64,000 nt of DNA from positions 8,814 through 72,813 of the forward strand of contig DATDZB010000009.1 in the NCBI GenBank assembly GCA_035288845.1, written 5' to 3'. A program made the translations under genes and the position numbers. This stretch comes from Candidatus Nanoarchaeia archaeon (GTDB lineage Archaea > Nanobdellota > Nanobdellia > SCGC-AAA011-G17 > GW2011-AR18). Of this stretch, positions 37,700 to 46,354 are shown in pieces (the stretch's first letter is position 1; every line of letters starts with the position of its first letter). The notes under the pieces are model-generated. The model had not been told where the DNA came from. It saw only the letters and a list, made by a program, of their open reading frames with translations, and searched no databases.

Positions 37700-38956
37700 A
37701 TGAAAGAAAAAACAATATTTTTATCTTTAATTTTTGTATGTTTAACAATATCATTTTTATTAATAGGACCAGTTATAACTGGAAATTTTATTCTAAATAG
37801 AAATTTAGAATCAACAAGTTATGATCAAATGTTTTCCATATTTAGACCTAGATCAACACCTTCTGGTTGTTTTATAGATATGGATTGTCAAAGTGGAGAA
37901 TATTGTGGGAGTGGGGGGGTATGTAGACCTCAAGGACAATTAGGACAAAGATGTTTTTTAGATTCACAATGTCGTTCTGATGTTTGTTCATTATTAGATC
38001 CTATTTCTGGAGTAAGAACTTGTCTTGAATCAGGTTTAGGTGTAAGTGAGTCTTGCATATTAAATAAACAATGTAATTCAGGAGCTTGTCTAAATAATAA
38101 TTGTGCAATTGGCAATTTAAATAATGGAGATTCATGTGTTAACGATTTGCAATGTAAATCAAGATTCTGTAACTTAATTAATGACAATAGATGTGCTCCA
38201 AGCAATTTATTAAAAGAAGGTATGACTTGTTCAAATTCAAGAGAATGTAGAGGTAATTATTGTAGTATAGCTAAATCAATATGTTTAGAAAGAAATAAAC
38301 TATTCATAAATGGAGAAAAATGTTATGATAATGGAGAATGTAGATCAGGTAGGTGTTACCAAAATAGATGTGGACCAGTTAAAAGAGATGGCAGTGGTTG
38401 TACAATAGATAACGAATGTTCATATCTTAGTTTCTGTTTAAACAACATATGTACAGTAATGCATACAGTTCAAACTGGTTCAGCATGTCAAAACCCAAAG
38501 CAATGTATATATGAGCCTTGTATAAATGGAATATGTACTCAAACATGGTTACAAGATGGACAAACATGCGATTATGATACAAATTGTTTATCTGGAGTAT
38601 GTGCAAATAATATTTGTGAACCTAGGGAAGTTCTTAATTTAAATGATCCTTGTTCTAAAGATTTACAATGTATTAGTCATACGTGTGCAAATAGTATTTG
38701 TATAATACAAAATTCTTTACAAGGGGGATCAACTTGTCAAAACAACAATCAATGTCAAACAAAAATATGTGAAAATAATAGATGTGCTTTATTTAGATTA
38801 GAGGGAATTGGAAGAGTATGTTCATCGCACTTTGAATGCAGATCTGGTTTATGTCAAAACCATATTTGCCTTGCAAGTTATTTAAATAGAGGAGAACAAT
38901 GTACAATACATGCACAATGTCAATCAAATAAATGTAGAAATGGCGCTTGTGCTTAA
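37700..38956 (+). CDS. secreted cysteine-rich repeat protein (about 12 tandem 4-Cys modules)
   Basis: N-terminal TM/signal 'IFLSLIFVCLTISFLLIGPVITG', then repeated 'G-x2-C-x5-C-x-S-x2-C-x3-5-C' modules, e.g. GEKCYDNGECRSGRCYQNRCG, GQTCDYDTNCLSGVCANNICE and GEQCTIHAQCQSNKCRNGACA. Confidence 0.75.
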   Translation: MKEKTIFLSLIFVCLTISFLLIGPVITGNFILNRNLESTSYDQMFSIFRPRSTPSGCFIDMDCQSGEYCGSGGVCRPQGQLGQRCFLDSQCRSDVCSLLDPISGVRTCLESGLGVSESCILNKQCNSGACLNNNCAIGNLNNGDSCVNDLQCKSRFCNLINDNRCAPSNLLKEGMTCSNSRECRGNYCSIAKSICLERNKLFINGEKCYDNGECRSGRCYQNRCGPVKRDGSGCTIDNECSYLSFCLNNICTVMHTVQTGSACQNPKQCIYEPCINGICTQTWLQDGQTCDYDTNCLSGVCANNICEPREVLNLNDPCSKDLQCISHTCANSICIIQNSLQGGSTCQNNNQCQTKICENNRCALFRLEGIGRVCSSHFECRSGLCQNHICLASYLNRGEQCTIHAQCQSNKCRNGACA

Positions 38957-38961
38957 TAAAA

Positions 38962-39564
38962 ATGTTAAATGCTTTCATTAATAATTATTATTTAGAAAAT
39001 AAAAGAATATTAAAAACAAAATTCATAAAAGCAAAACCATTTCCTTATTTAGTATTAAAAAAATTTTTCAAAGATGAACTTATAAATAATTTAGCAAAAG
39101 AATTAAAAAAGGAAAACTTCCAAAAACAAGAATCAGATTTATTTTCATTTTCACAAACAAATGATTTAGAAAATTCAAATAATAAAGTAGTAAAAGAATT
39201 TTATAATTTTATTAACTCAAATAAACTTAAAAATTATGTTGAAGAAATAACTGAAATTAAAGCTTACAACAAAATAGACGTTTCTGCATTTATTTACACA
39301 GATAAAGACTATCTTCTGCCTCATGATGATAGGCTTGAAACAAGAAAGATTGCTTATGTATTAAACTTATCAAAAGATTTTACAAGATTAGATGGCGGTT
39401 CCTTAGATTTTTTCAAAAATAATAAAGCTGTAAAAATAATTCAGCCAACATTTAATACATTTACAATATTTAAAGTAATAAAAAATAAAACATATCATCA
39501 AGTTTCTGAAGTATTAACAAATAAGGAAAGATTAAGTATTGCAGGATGGTTTAATAATGATTAA
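38962..39564 (+). CDS. 2OG-Fe(II) oxygenase, Tpa1/Ofd1/OGFOD1-type catalytic (N-terminal) domain
   Basis: The track start is TTG; the ATG is at 38962. 'FPYLVLKKFF', HxD 'LLPHDD', 'RKIAYVLNL', 'GGSLDFF', distal His 'YHQVSEV', 'RLSIAGWF'. Confidence 0.8.
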   Translation: MLNAFINNYYLENKRILKTKFIKAKPFPYLVLKKFFKDELINNLAKELKKENFQKQESDLFSFSQTNDLENSNNKVVKEFYNFINSNKLKNYVEEITEIKAYNKIDVSAFIYTDKDYLLPHDDRLETRKIAYVLNLSKDFTRLDGGSLDFFKNNKAVKIIQPTFNTFTIFKVIKNKTYHQVSEVLTNKERLSIAGWFNND

Positions 39565-40069
39565 CAAGATTTATAATAATAAAGATACAATAAATCAAAT
39601 AAAATTGGTACTAGAAAAAGAAGGAAATATTCAATTACAAAATTTCTTAATAGACTTACCAAAAATCAAAGTTAAGCTAAAAGAAGTTTATATACCGCAA
39701 TTACACAAATATAGATTTAATAATTTTAAAATAAATAAAGAAATAAAAGAATTCATAGAAAAAATAATAAATAAAAAATTAATTTCATCAAAAGTTTATG
39801 AATTTAAACATACAGATTACACCTTAATTAATGATAATATAAAAGAAAAAGAAGGGTATAAAATAATATTAGACTTAACGAAAAATTGGAATGAAGAAGC
39901 AAATGGTTATACTTCATTTATAAAAAATAATGAAGAAGTATTCAGAATAAATCCAGCTTATAATTCATTAACAATAATTAAAACAAATAAAAATATGAAA
40001 AGCTTTGTAAAATATGTAAATAATAAAGCTAAAGATAATAAAAGATTCTTTATTGAGATTAACGTTTAG
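39557..40069 (+). CDS. Ofd1/Tpa1 C-terminal (non-catalytic DSBH) domain-like protein
   Basis: ATG at 39557 overlaps the upstream stop by 8 nt. 'YEFKHTDYTLI', 'ILDLTKNWNEEANGYTSF', 'NSLTII', 'SFVKYVNNKA'. Confidence 0.6.
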   Translation: MINKIYNNKDTINQIKLVLEKEGNIQLQNFLIDLPKIKVKLKEVYIPQLHKYRFNNFKINKEIKEFIEKIINKKLISSKVYEFKHTDYTLINDNIKEKEGYKIILDLTKNWNEEANGYTSFIKNNEEVFRINPAYNSLTIIKTNKNMKSFVKYVNNKAKDNKRFFIEINV

Positions 40070-40349
40070 TAAATTTTAAAACTTTATAAGAATCGCCATG
40101 TTTTGTATAAGTAACTATTCCTTCATCGTTAGGTTTAGTACCATTATAAATATCAAGATTAAAAGAAACAAAATGTAATCCATTTTCTCTATTAGAAAAA
40201 ACAACTTCTGGTTTAGAATCAGGATATCTCATTTCATATTTATGTCTAACAACAACTTCTGCAGTATGTGTAGAACCTATATCAAGAACAGGAGAAGAAA
40301 TACTTCTAACTTTACTAACTAAACCACTAACTGTATTTACTATATTCAT
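40059..40349 (-). CDS. orphan protein G, immediately downstream of rps7
   Basis: 96 aa with an ATG start and a beta-rich sequence. No family. Confidence 0.5.
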   Translation of the reverse strand: MNIVNTVSGLVSKVRSISSPVLDIGSTHTAEVVVRHKYEMRYPDSKPEVVFSNRENGLHFVSFNLDIYNGTKPNDEGIVTYTKHGDSYKVLKFTKR

Positions 40350-40397
40350 TTTTGTCTCAAACCACTAAAAATTTGAAAAGAAAAAAGATTTATAAAA

Positions 40398-40994
40398 TTA
40401 CCTACTTGAATCAGCTTGTCTTTCTAATTCTAATTTCTTAGAAACAGCTTGACTTGCTTGATCTAAATTATAAGCATTAAATATTTCATCAGCCAAAGCT
40501 TCAGACATACTTTTTTTCTTACCAAAACTTTTACCAAAAGCACCTTGTATAAATTGTCTTAAAGCAATATCTATTCTTCTTTGAGGAGCACAGTCTACTG
40601 CTTGAGGATATCTTGCACCACCATATTCAATAGCTGTAATTTCTTCTCTAGGTGCAGCATTTTCTAGTGCTTTAACATAAACTTGAATTGGATTTAATTT
40701 TGTTTTTTCTTCTAAAATTTCAAAAGTTCTTTTAACCATTTTGTAAACATGAGTACCTTTTCCAGTAACATGTCCGCTTGATCTATAATGTTTTTTACCT
40801 TTATGACCTGGAACCATAAGTTTGTTAATTAACCTCTCAACAATATTTACTTTGCTTTTTCCAAATCTAATATTTGAGTTTCTACCAAAACTTCTAGGAA
40901 CTAACATAGCAGAAAGATCAACATATCTTTTCAAACCTGGGTCTTCTACATTAACTCCATTTAAACTCCATTTATCAAAAATTTTAAATTCCAT
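40398..40994 (-). CDS. rps7: 30S ribosomal protein uS7
   Basis: Full-length similarity to archaeal S7 ('INKLMVPGHKGKKH', 'NAAPREEITAIEYGGARYPQAVD'). Confidence 0.95.
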   Translation of the reverse strand: MEFKIFDKWSLNGVNVEDPGLKRYVDLSAMLVPRSFGRNSNIRFGKSKVNIVERLINKLMVPGHKGKKHYRSSGHVTGKGTHVYKMVKRTFEILEEKTKLNPIQVYVKALENAAPREEITAIEYGGARYPQAVDCAPQRRIDIALRQFIQGAFGKSFGKKKSMSEALADEIFNAYNLDQASQAVSKKLELERQADSSR

Positions 40995-40996
40995 AT

Positions 40997-41434
40997 TTAT
41001 CTTCTTCCCTTCTCAATCTTTCCTTTTAATAAAGCATCTAAGCTCTGATCATTAACTTTTATTACTTGCCATCTAACACAAGGAATATCTCCTTTTGCTC
41101 TTCCCATTTTTCCACCAATACATTCAATTAAAACTTCGTCATGTTCATTAATAAATTTTTGAGCATTATCACCTGGAATAAATACAGTAACTTGTTTACC
41201 ATTTTTCAATAATTGTACAACACATGCTTTTCTCATTGCAGAATTAGGCTGTTTAGCTTCAATTTGTCTTTTTTCTAAAACTATACCCTTAGCTTGATGT
41301 GCTCCTCTTAATGGATCAGCTTTTTCTTTAAGATGTAATGCCTTCTTAGTAAACCATTTATTATGCCATCTAGCAGCTTGTCTTTTATTTTTAAGCTTTT
41401 TACCAGACATTAATCCATTACTCTTATTTCCCAT
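40997..41434 (-). CDS. rps12: 30S ribosomal protein uS12
   Basis: '[40 protein letters not shown]' is the archaeal/eukaryotic uS12 core. Confidence 0.97.
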   Translation of the reverse strand: MGNKSNGLMSGKKLKNKRQAARWHNKWFTKKALHLKEKADPLRGAHQAKGIVLEKRQIEAKQPNSAMRKACVVQLLKNGKQVTVFIPGDNAQKFINEHDEVLIECIGGKMGRAKGDIPCVRWQVIKVNDQSLDALLKGKIEKGRR

Positions 41435-41505
41435 AATTTTTTGAATAAGACACCATTTATAAAGGTTTTTGTTACTTCTACTAGAAATCTAAGAAAAAGA
41501 AAAAA

Positions 41506-41940
41506 TTAGAGAAGATTATTCTCTTCTACTTCTATTTTAAAGTAAGTAACAGGATAATGTGCATAAGCATCCTTACGACCTTCATCTATATCAACTACTC
41601 TATGAATAAGATCAGCATCAGGATCTCTTGTTGTTAGTTCTACCCCATACATAAATGTAGGTTTTCCCACAAAATAAGCATTTGCATCAGCAGCATATAA
41701 AGGTTTTTGTGTTTCTACTTCTCCATAAAGAGAAGGAGGGAAAAATTCAGGTTGTCCCCATTTAATCCCACTATGATCTTTTTGATCAACCCTGCTAGGG
41801 ATCTGTACAATAGTTACTCCTACAAATTCAGGAGAACCAACCATTCCATCCAGAGCTAATTTTCTATCCTTTTGAGTAAGTCTTCTTAATGAACCCATTT
41901 CATTTATTTCTTGTGTATCAATTCTTTGTGCATTTACCAT
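41506..41940 (-). CDS. orphan protein H, between nusA and rps12
   Basis: 144 aa with an ATG start. No recognisable family. Confidence 0.55.
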   Translation of the reverse strand: MVNAQRIDTQEINEMGSLRRLTQKDRKLALDGMVGSPEFVGVTIVQIPSRVDQKDHSGIKWGQPEFFPPSLYGEVETQKPLYAADANAYFVGKPTFMYGVELTTRDPDADLIHRVVDIDEGRKDAYAHYPVTYFKIEVEENNLL

Positions 41941-42012
41941 AAAATAAGATACTAAGAAATACTTATGAAAATTACGTATAAATTATATTTCGAGTATAAT
42001 AAGTATATACAG

Positions 42013-42417
42013 CTAAACAACTTGAACTTCTACATCAAAATATTTCTTAACTATAGAATTAATTTTTTTCAAATTTTCTTTGCTTCTTCCAAAAATTCTT
42101 CCCTTAATATTCATGTCTTCAACCATAATCTTAACAGTTTTATCTTCTAATTTTATATCATCAGCTTTATTCGGATAAATTAAATTTCTAACAAATTTAC
42201 AAACATCATCTGAAAATCCAACAACTTTAATATCTTTTTTCATAATATTACTTACTCTTTTAATATTAGAACCTTCTTTACCAATTGCTTTTTTTATACT
42301 TCCTTCTTCAACTAGAAAAACAATTTTACCTTCATCATCAAAACAATCTTTAACTCTAGCACCAGTCAAGTTTTCAAATAAATTTATGTTGTTTATACTA
42401 TCTAAAGTAAGTTTCAT
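42013..42417 (-). CDS. nusA: archaeal NusA-like protein (two KH domains)
   Basis: The track start is TTG; the ATG is at 42417. 'GKEGSNIKRV' and 'GRSKENLKKI' are GxxG KH loops. Conserved position after L30e. Confidence 0.85.
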   Translation of the reverse strand: MKLTLDSINNINLFENLTGARVKDCFDDEGKIVFLVEEGSIKKAIGKEGSNIKRVSNIMKKDIKVVGFSDDVCKFVRNLIYPNKADDIKLEDKTVKIMVEDMNIKGRIFGRSKENLKKINSIVKKYFDVEVQVV

Positions 42418-42421
42418 ATTT

Positions 42422-42664
42422 TTACTCAAATCCAACTACTGAAATAGCAAAAGGTTTTTTGCATAAAACACCAAGATCTTTGCTTTTTTCATCTAAAAAA
42501 ATAACTTCTATATTTGCTAATTTAGTTAATGCTGCAATTCTTTCTTTCCCAGAACAATTAGAAGAAACATATAATTTAGAAATTTTATTACTTCTAAGTC
42601 TCTTTAAATTTACTTGTAAACCTAAAATTGGTTTTTTAGTGCTTAAATCATTCTTTAGTGTCAT
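42422..42664 (-). CDS. rpl30e: 50S ribosomal protein L30e (short)
   Basis: 80 aa. 'GLQVNLKRLRSNKISKLYVSSNC' and 'LGVLCKKPFAISVVG'. Conserved position between rpoA'' and nusA. Confidence 0.8.
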   Translation of the reverse strand: MTLKNDLSTKKPILGLQVNLKRLRSNKISKLYVSSNCSGKERIAALTKLANIEVIFLDEKSKDLGVLCKKPFAISVVGFE

Positions 42665-43787
42665 TTTCTACCCCATCAATCTTTAATTTTGAAATTAATC
42701 CAGGTAATCCTGTACCTAATGGCACTGGTTGATTGATAATTACGTTTTCAACAACACTATTTAAATTATCTCTTTCTCCAATTAAGCTGGCATTAATTAT
42801 ATGTTTAATAGGTGTTTCAAAACTAGCTCTAGCTAAAACACTTTCTTTTTCACCAGTAATACCAGTTCTTGTTACTCCTTTAACAACACCTGTTCTAGTC
42901 ATAACATCAGCAAGCAACATAATATGTCTAACATCAATATCAATTCCTTGATCTTTAATTACTCCTAAAGATTCTTCTAAAACTGCAGCTCTTGCAGCTT
43001 CTACACCTAAAACTTTTGAAATTTCAAAGATATCATTTGTTTTTATTTTTTCAACATCTGCTTCTTCTAAATTTAAAGCATCTTCTAAATTGCTACCAGC
43101 ACAATGAACAACATAATCTCCATCATCATTTTTAACAGGTAAAACATGAGTAATTCCTTTCAATCCAATTAAATGTATTAATTTAGCTTTTTCTTTTAGT
43201 CTATAAACTTCATTTAAAGGCAATTCCTTATCTTTAGGTTTAAGCGTTACAACAGCACCATCATCTTTAACATCAACAGTCTTCATTCCTTCTATTACCT
43301 TATCAATAATAAATTTAGGTTTCAAATCTAAATCTTTTAATTTTTTCTTATCTAAAGTAAATTCAATAATTCTTTTAGCAACATTAATTGAAATATCTTG
43401 TAATACTTCATCTAATCTTGTTTCCTTAATTTTCAAAGCAACACTTCTAACCATATCTACAGTTTTAGAATATTTTTGTTTAATTGGAATTTCCATTTTA
43501 GGAGTACTAGGTTTTTTTCTAGCATCAAAAATTTCAATTAATCTAGGTAAACCAACTGTAACATTCATCTCTTCTACACCAGCGAAGTGGAATGTATTCA
43601 AAGTCATCTGAGTAGAAGGTTCACCAAAACTTTCAGCAGTAATTACACCAATAGATTCACCAGGAGCAATTTTTCCCCATTTGTAAGCTTCAGTAACTTT
43701 CTTAATAATTTCTTGTTTATCTTTATCACTAATTTTATATTTTTTAGCATAAGATTCTATTCTATCTGTTAAATGTTTTGGTAGCAT
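42648..43787 (-). CDS. rpoA2: DNA-directed RNA polymerase subunit A''
   Basis: 'ESIGVITAESFGEPSTQMTLNTFHFAGV' and the C-terminal 'NVIINQPVPLGTG'. Confidence 0.95.
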   Translation of the reverse strand: MLPKHLTDRIESYAKKYKISDKDKQEIIKKVTEAYKWGKIAPGESIGVITAESFGEPSTQMTLNTFHFAGVEEMNVTVGLPRLIEIFDARKKPSTPKMEIPIKQKYSKTVDMVRSVALKIKETRLDEVLQDISINVAKRIIEFTLDKKKLKDLDLKPKFIIDKVIEGMKTVDVKDDGAVVTLKPKDKELPLNEVYRLKEKAKLIHLIGLKGITHVLPVKNDDGDYVVHCAGSNLEDALNLEEADVEKIKTNDIFEISKVLGVEAARAAVLEESLGVIKDQGIDIDVRHIMLLADVMTRTGVVKGVTRTGITGEKESVLARASFETPIKHIINASLIGERDNLNSVVENVIINQPVPLGTGLPGLISKLKIDGVENDTKE

Positions 43788-46354
43788 TAGGAACTTAAAA
43801 CCTCCCTAATTATTCTTGCAATATTTATTCTTCCAATTTCAGTTTTACTTACATCTAATCCATCATCACCATAAATAAATTGTACAATATTAGAGTCTGC
43901 ATCTCTTACAGTATCGTCATATTCAACTCTAATATCTTGTAATGCACTAGCTAATCTTCTATACAAGTATCCTGATTTAGGAGTTCTTAATGCTGTATCC
44001 ATCAGACTATCTCTTCCAGTCATTGCATGCATGAAATATTCTTCAGGAGTTAAACCTTCTTTGTAACCATTCCTAACAAAACCTTTTGCTTTAGGTGTTA
44101 ATTCTCCTTTTGTGAATAAACTTAATGTTCTTCCTCTATATCCTAATTCAATTCTTCTACCACGTAAAGCTTGTTGTCCAACACAAGCTGACATCATAGC
44201 TAAGTTCAAGTAACTACCTTTTGCACCAGATAATGCCATTACCAAAGTGGGATTCATAGTAATATCTGCTTCAGCAACAATCTCACCAACTTTACTTCTA
44301 CACTTGTTAAGAACTTCCATAATTTTTCTTTCAACTGTAGCTTCTAAAGTTTGACCTGGTGAAGCTTCCATTTCTTTATTTTTATATTGTTCAATTAATT
44401 GTTCAACTCTTCTTTCAGAATTATAAATTGTTTCTCTACATTTTTGTGAAACTTCAGCTGGTAAGTCTGTATCAGCAATACCAGTTGTAAAACCATATCT
44501 TAACAATACACCCAAACCTAATCTAAACATTTTACCTAAAATTTGTAAAGCCATATCTGGTCCGTATTTAGTGAAAATAGATCTTATAATATCTCCTCTA
44601 TCTTTACCAATTGTAACTTTATCAATAATACCTTCTAATAATTGGCCTTTCTTAATTACAACTTTTTCTTTATTTTTAGATTTTCCAATGAAATTAAAAT
44701 CTTCAGGTAATAAAGCGCTAAATATTTCTCTACCATTTACTCTGGCTTTAAAATTTTCAAATGCTTTTTCATTTAATACACCAACACTATGTAATAATTG
44801 AATTGCATCTGGCTTATCAAATTCTAAATCTTTTGTTAATAAATAATTTCCAGTTACAGCATCATCATTACATCCAATAACATTTGAACCATCTTTAGGT
44901 GTAATAATTTGATTTTGAACTTCCATTAAAATTTCAGCTTCAGCTCTTGCTTCTTCAGTTTGTGGAATATGTAAATTCATTTCATCTCCATCAAAATCTG
45001 CATTATAAGGATTACAAACAGCAGGATTTAATCTAAAACTCTTTCCAGGCAGCATTCTAACTCTATGTGCCATAATACTCATTCTGTGTAAACTTGGTTG
45101 TCTATTGAAAATAGCAATATCTCCATCCATTAAATGTCTCTCTACAACATAACCAGGTTGTAATTCTTCTAGTAATTGTTCTTGAGTTTCATCTGTAATC
45201 TTTTTCTTTTTTCCATCTGGTCTTACAACATAATTACTTCCAACATATTTTTTTGGTCCATTTTCTACAAATTTCTTTAATCTTTTCATATTCCATTCAG
45301 TAACTCTTTCAGGAATAGTTAATTCCATAGCTACTTCAATTGGAATTCCAACTTCATTTAATTCAATTTTAGAATCAGGACTAATAACAGTTCTAGCAGC
45401 ATAATTTACTCTTTTACCAGCTAGATTATGTCTAAATCTTCCTTCTTTACTTTTAATTCTTTCACTTAAAGTTCTTAATGCTTGACCACTTCTGTGTCTT
45501 GCAGGAGGAACTTGTGCAACTTCATTATTAAAGTAAGTAGTAATATGATATTGTAATAAATCCCATAAATCTTCAATAATAATTTCTGGAGCTCCAGCAT
45601 TAATATTTTCAAATAATCTTTGATTAATTCTTACAATATCACCAAGTTTATGAGTTAAATCATCTTCACTTCTTTCACCAGTTTCTAAAGTAATACTTGG
45701 TCTAATTGTAACAGGAGGAATAGATAAAATTGTTAAAACCATCCACTCAGGTCTTGCATGTTCAGGATCTAATCCTAAAGCTTTAATAGCATCATCATTT
45801 ATTTTTTCTAATCTGGTTCTAATATCAATAGGACTTAATCTTTTATCATCTTCTAAAATTGTTGTAGGTCTTTCTAATTTAACTGCAAATTGTTTTGCAC
45901 TACAATGAGGACATTTTTTAACATTTCTTAATGAAGCAACTTTAACTTTCTTAACTGCTACTTCTCCTTCTGCAAGAGGTTCATCTTCTTCCTCTCCTAA
46001 TTTATCTAAATCTATTTTTTTATCAGTTAATAATTTTCCACATTCTCTACAAGTACATCTTAAAAAATTAACAATAACATCAGCATAATTTAAATGAATA
46101 ACAGGTCTCGCAACTTCTAAATAACCAAAGTGACCCATACAATCTCTTAAATTTCCACCGCAAGTTTTACATCTTAAACCAGGATCAATAACACCTAATC
46201 TAATATCCATTAAACCACCATCAACAGGATAACCTTCTCTATCATAAAGTTCAGGAGTTACTATTTTAGCTGCTGCCATTTTCTTAACTAAATCTGGACT
46301 TAACATTCCAAATACAATTGACTCTACTTTCTTGTATGCAGTTATTTCAGTCAT
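43787..46354 (-). CDS. rpoA1: DNA-directed RNA polymerase subunit A'
   Basis: Zn motifs 'CKTCGG...CMGHFG' and the catalytic 'NADFDGDEMN'. Confidence 0.97.
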   Translation of the reverse strand: MTEITAYKKVESIVFGMLSPDLVKKMAAAKIVTPELYDREGYPVDGGLMDIRLGVIDPGLRCKTCGGNLRDCMGHFGYLEVARPVIHLNYADVIVNFLRCTCRECGKLLTDKKIDLDKLGEEEDEPLAEGEVAVKKVKVASLRNVKKCPHCSAKQFAVKLERPTTILEDDKRLSPIDIRTRLEKINDDAIKALGLDPEHARPEWMVLTILSIPPVTIRPSITLETGERSEDDLTHKLGDIVRINQRLFENINAGAPEIIIEDLWDLLQYHITTYFNNEVAQVPPARHRSGQALRTLSERIKSKEGRFRHNLAGKRVNYAARTVISPDSKIELNEVGIPIEVAMELTIPERVTEWNMKRLKKFVENGPKKYVGSNYVVRPDGKKKKITDETQEQLLEELQPGYVVERHLMDGDIAIFNRQPSLHRMSIMAHRVRMLPGKSFRLNPAVCNPYNADFDGDEMNLHIPQTEEARAEAEILMEVQNQIITPKDGSNVIGCNDDAVTGNYLLTKDLEFDKPDAIQLLHSVGVLNEKAFENFKARVNGREIFSALLPEDFNFIGKSKNKEKVVIKKGQLLEGIIDKVTIGKDRGDIIRSIFTKYGPDMALQILGKMFRLGLGVLLRYGFTTGIADTDLPAEVSQKCRETIYNSERRVEQLIEQYKNKEMEASPGQTLEATVERKIMEVLNKCRSKVGEIVAEADITMNPTLVMALSGAKGSYLNLAMMSACVGQQALRGRRIELGYRGRTLSLFTKGELTPKAKGFVRNGYKEGLTPEEYFMHAMTGRDSLMDTALRTPKSGYLYRRLASALQDIRVEYDDTVRDADSNIVQFIYGDDGLDVSKTEIGRINIARIIREVLSS

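Noticed and set aside
11188-41055. Other short antisense track ORFs (11188..11379, 19470..19757, 27905..28093, 34916..35182, 36607..36810, 37930..38205, 38793..38978, 40822..41055).
   Set aside because: Each lies opposite a gene with clear family motifs (ICMT-like, ndk, mazE region, fusA, Prx, Cys-rich protein, rps7), and none has an independent signal.
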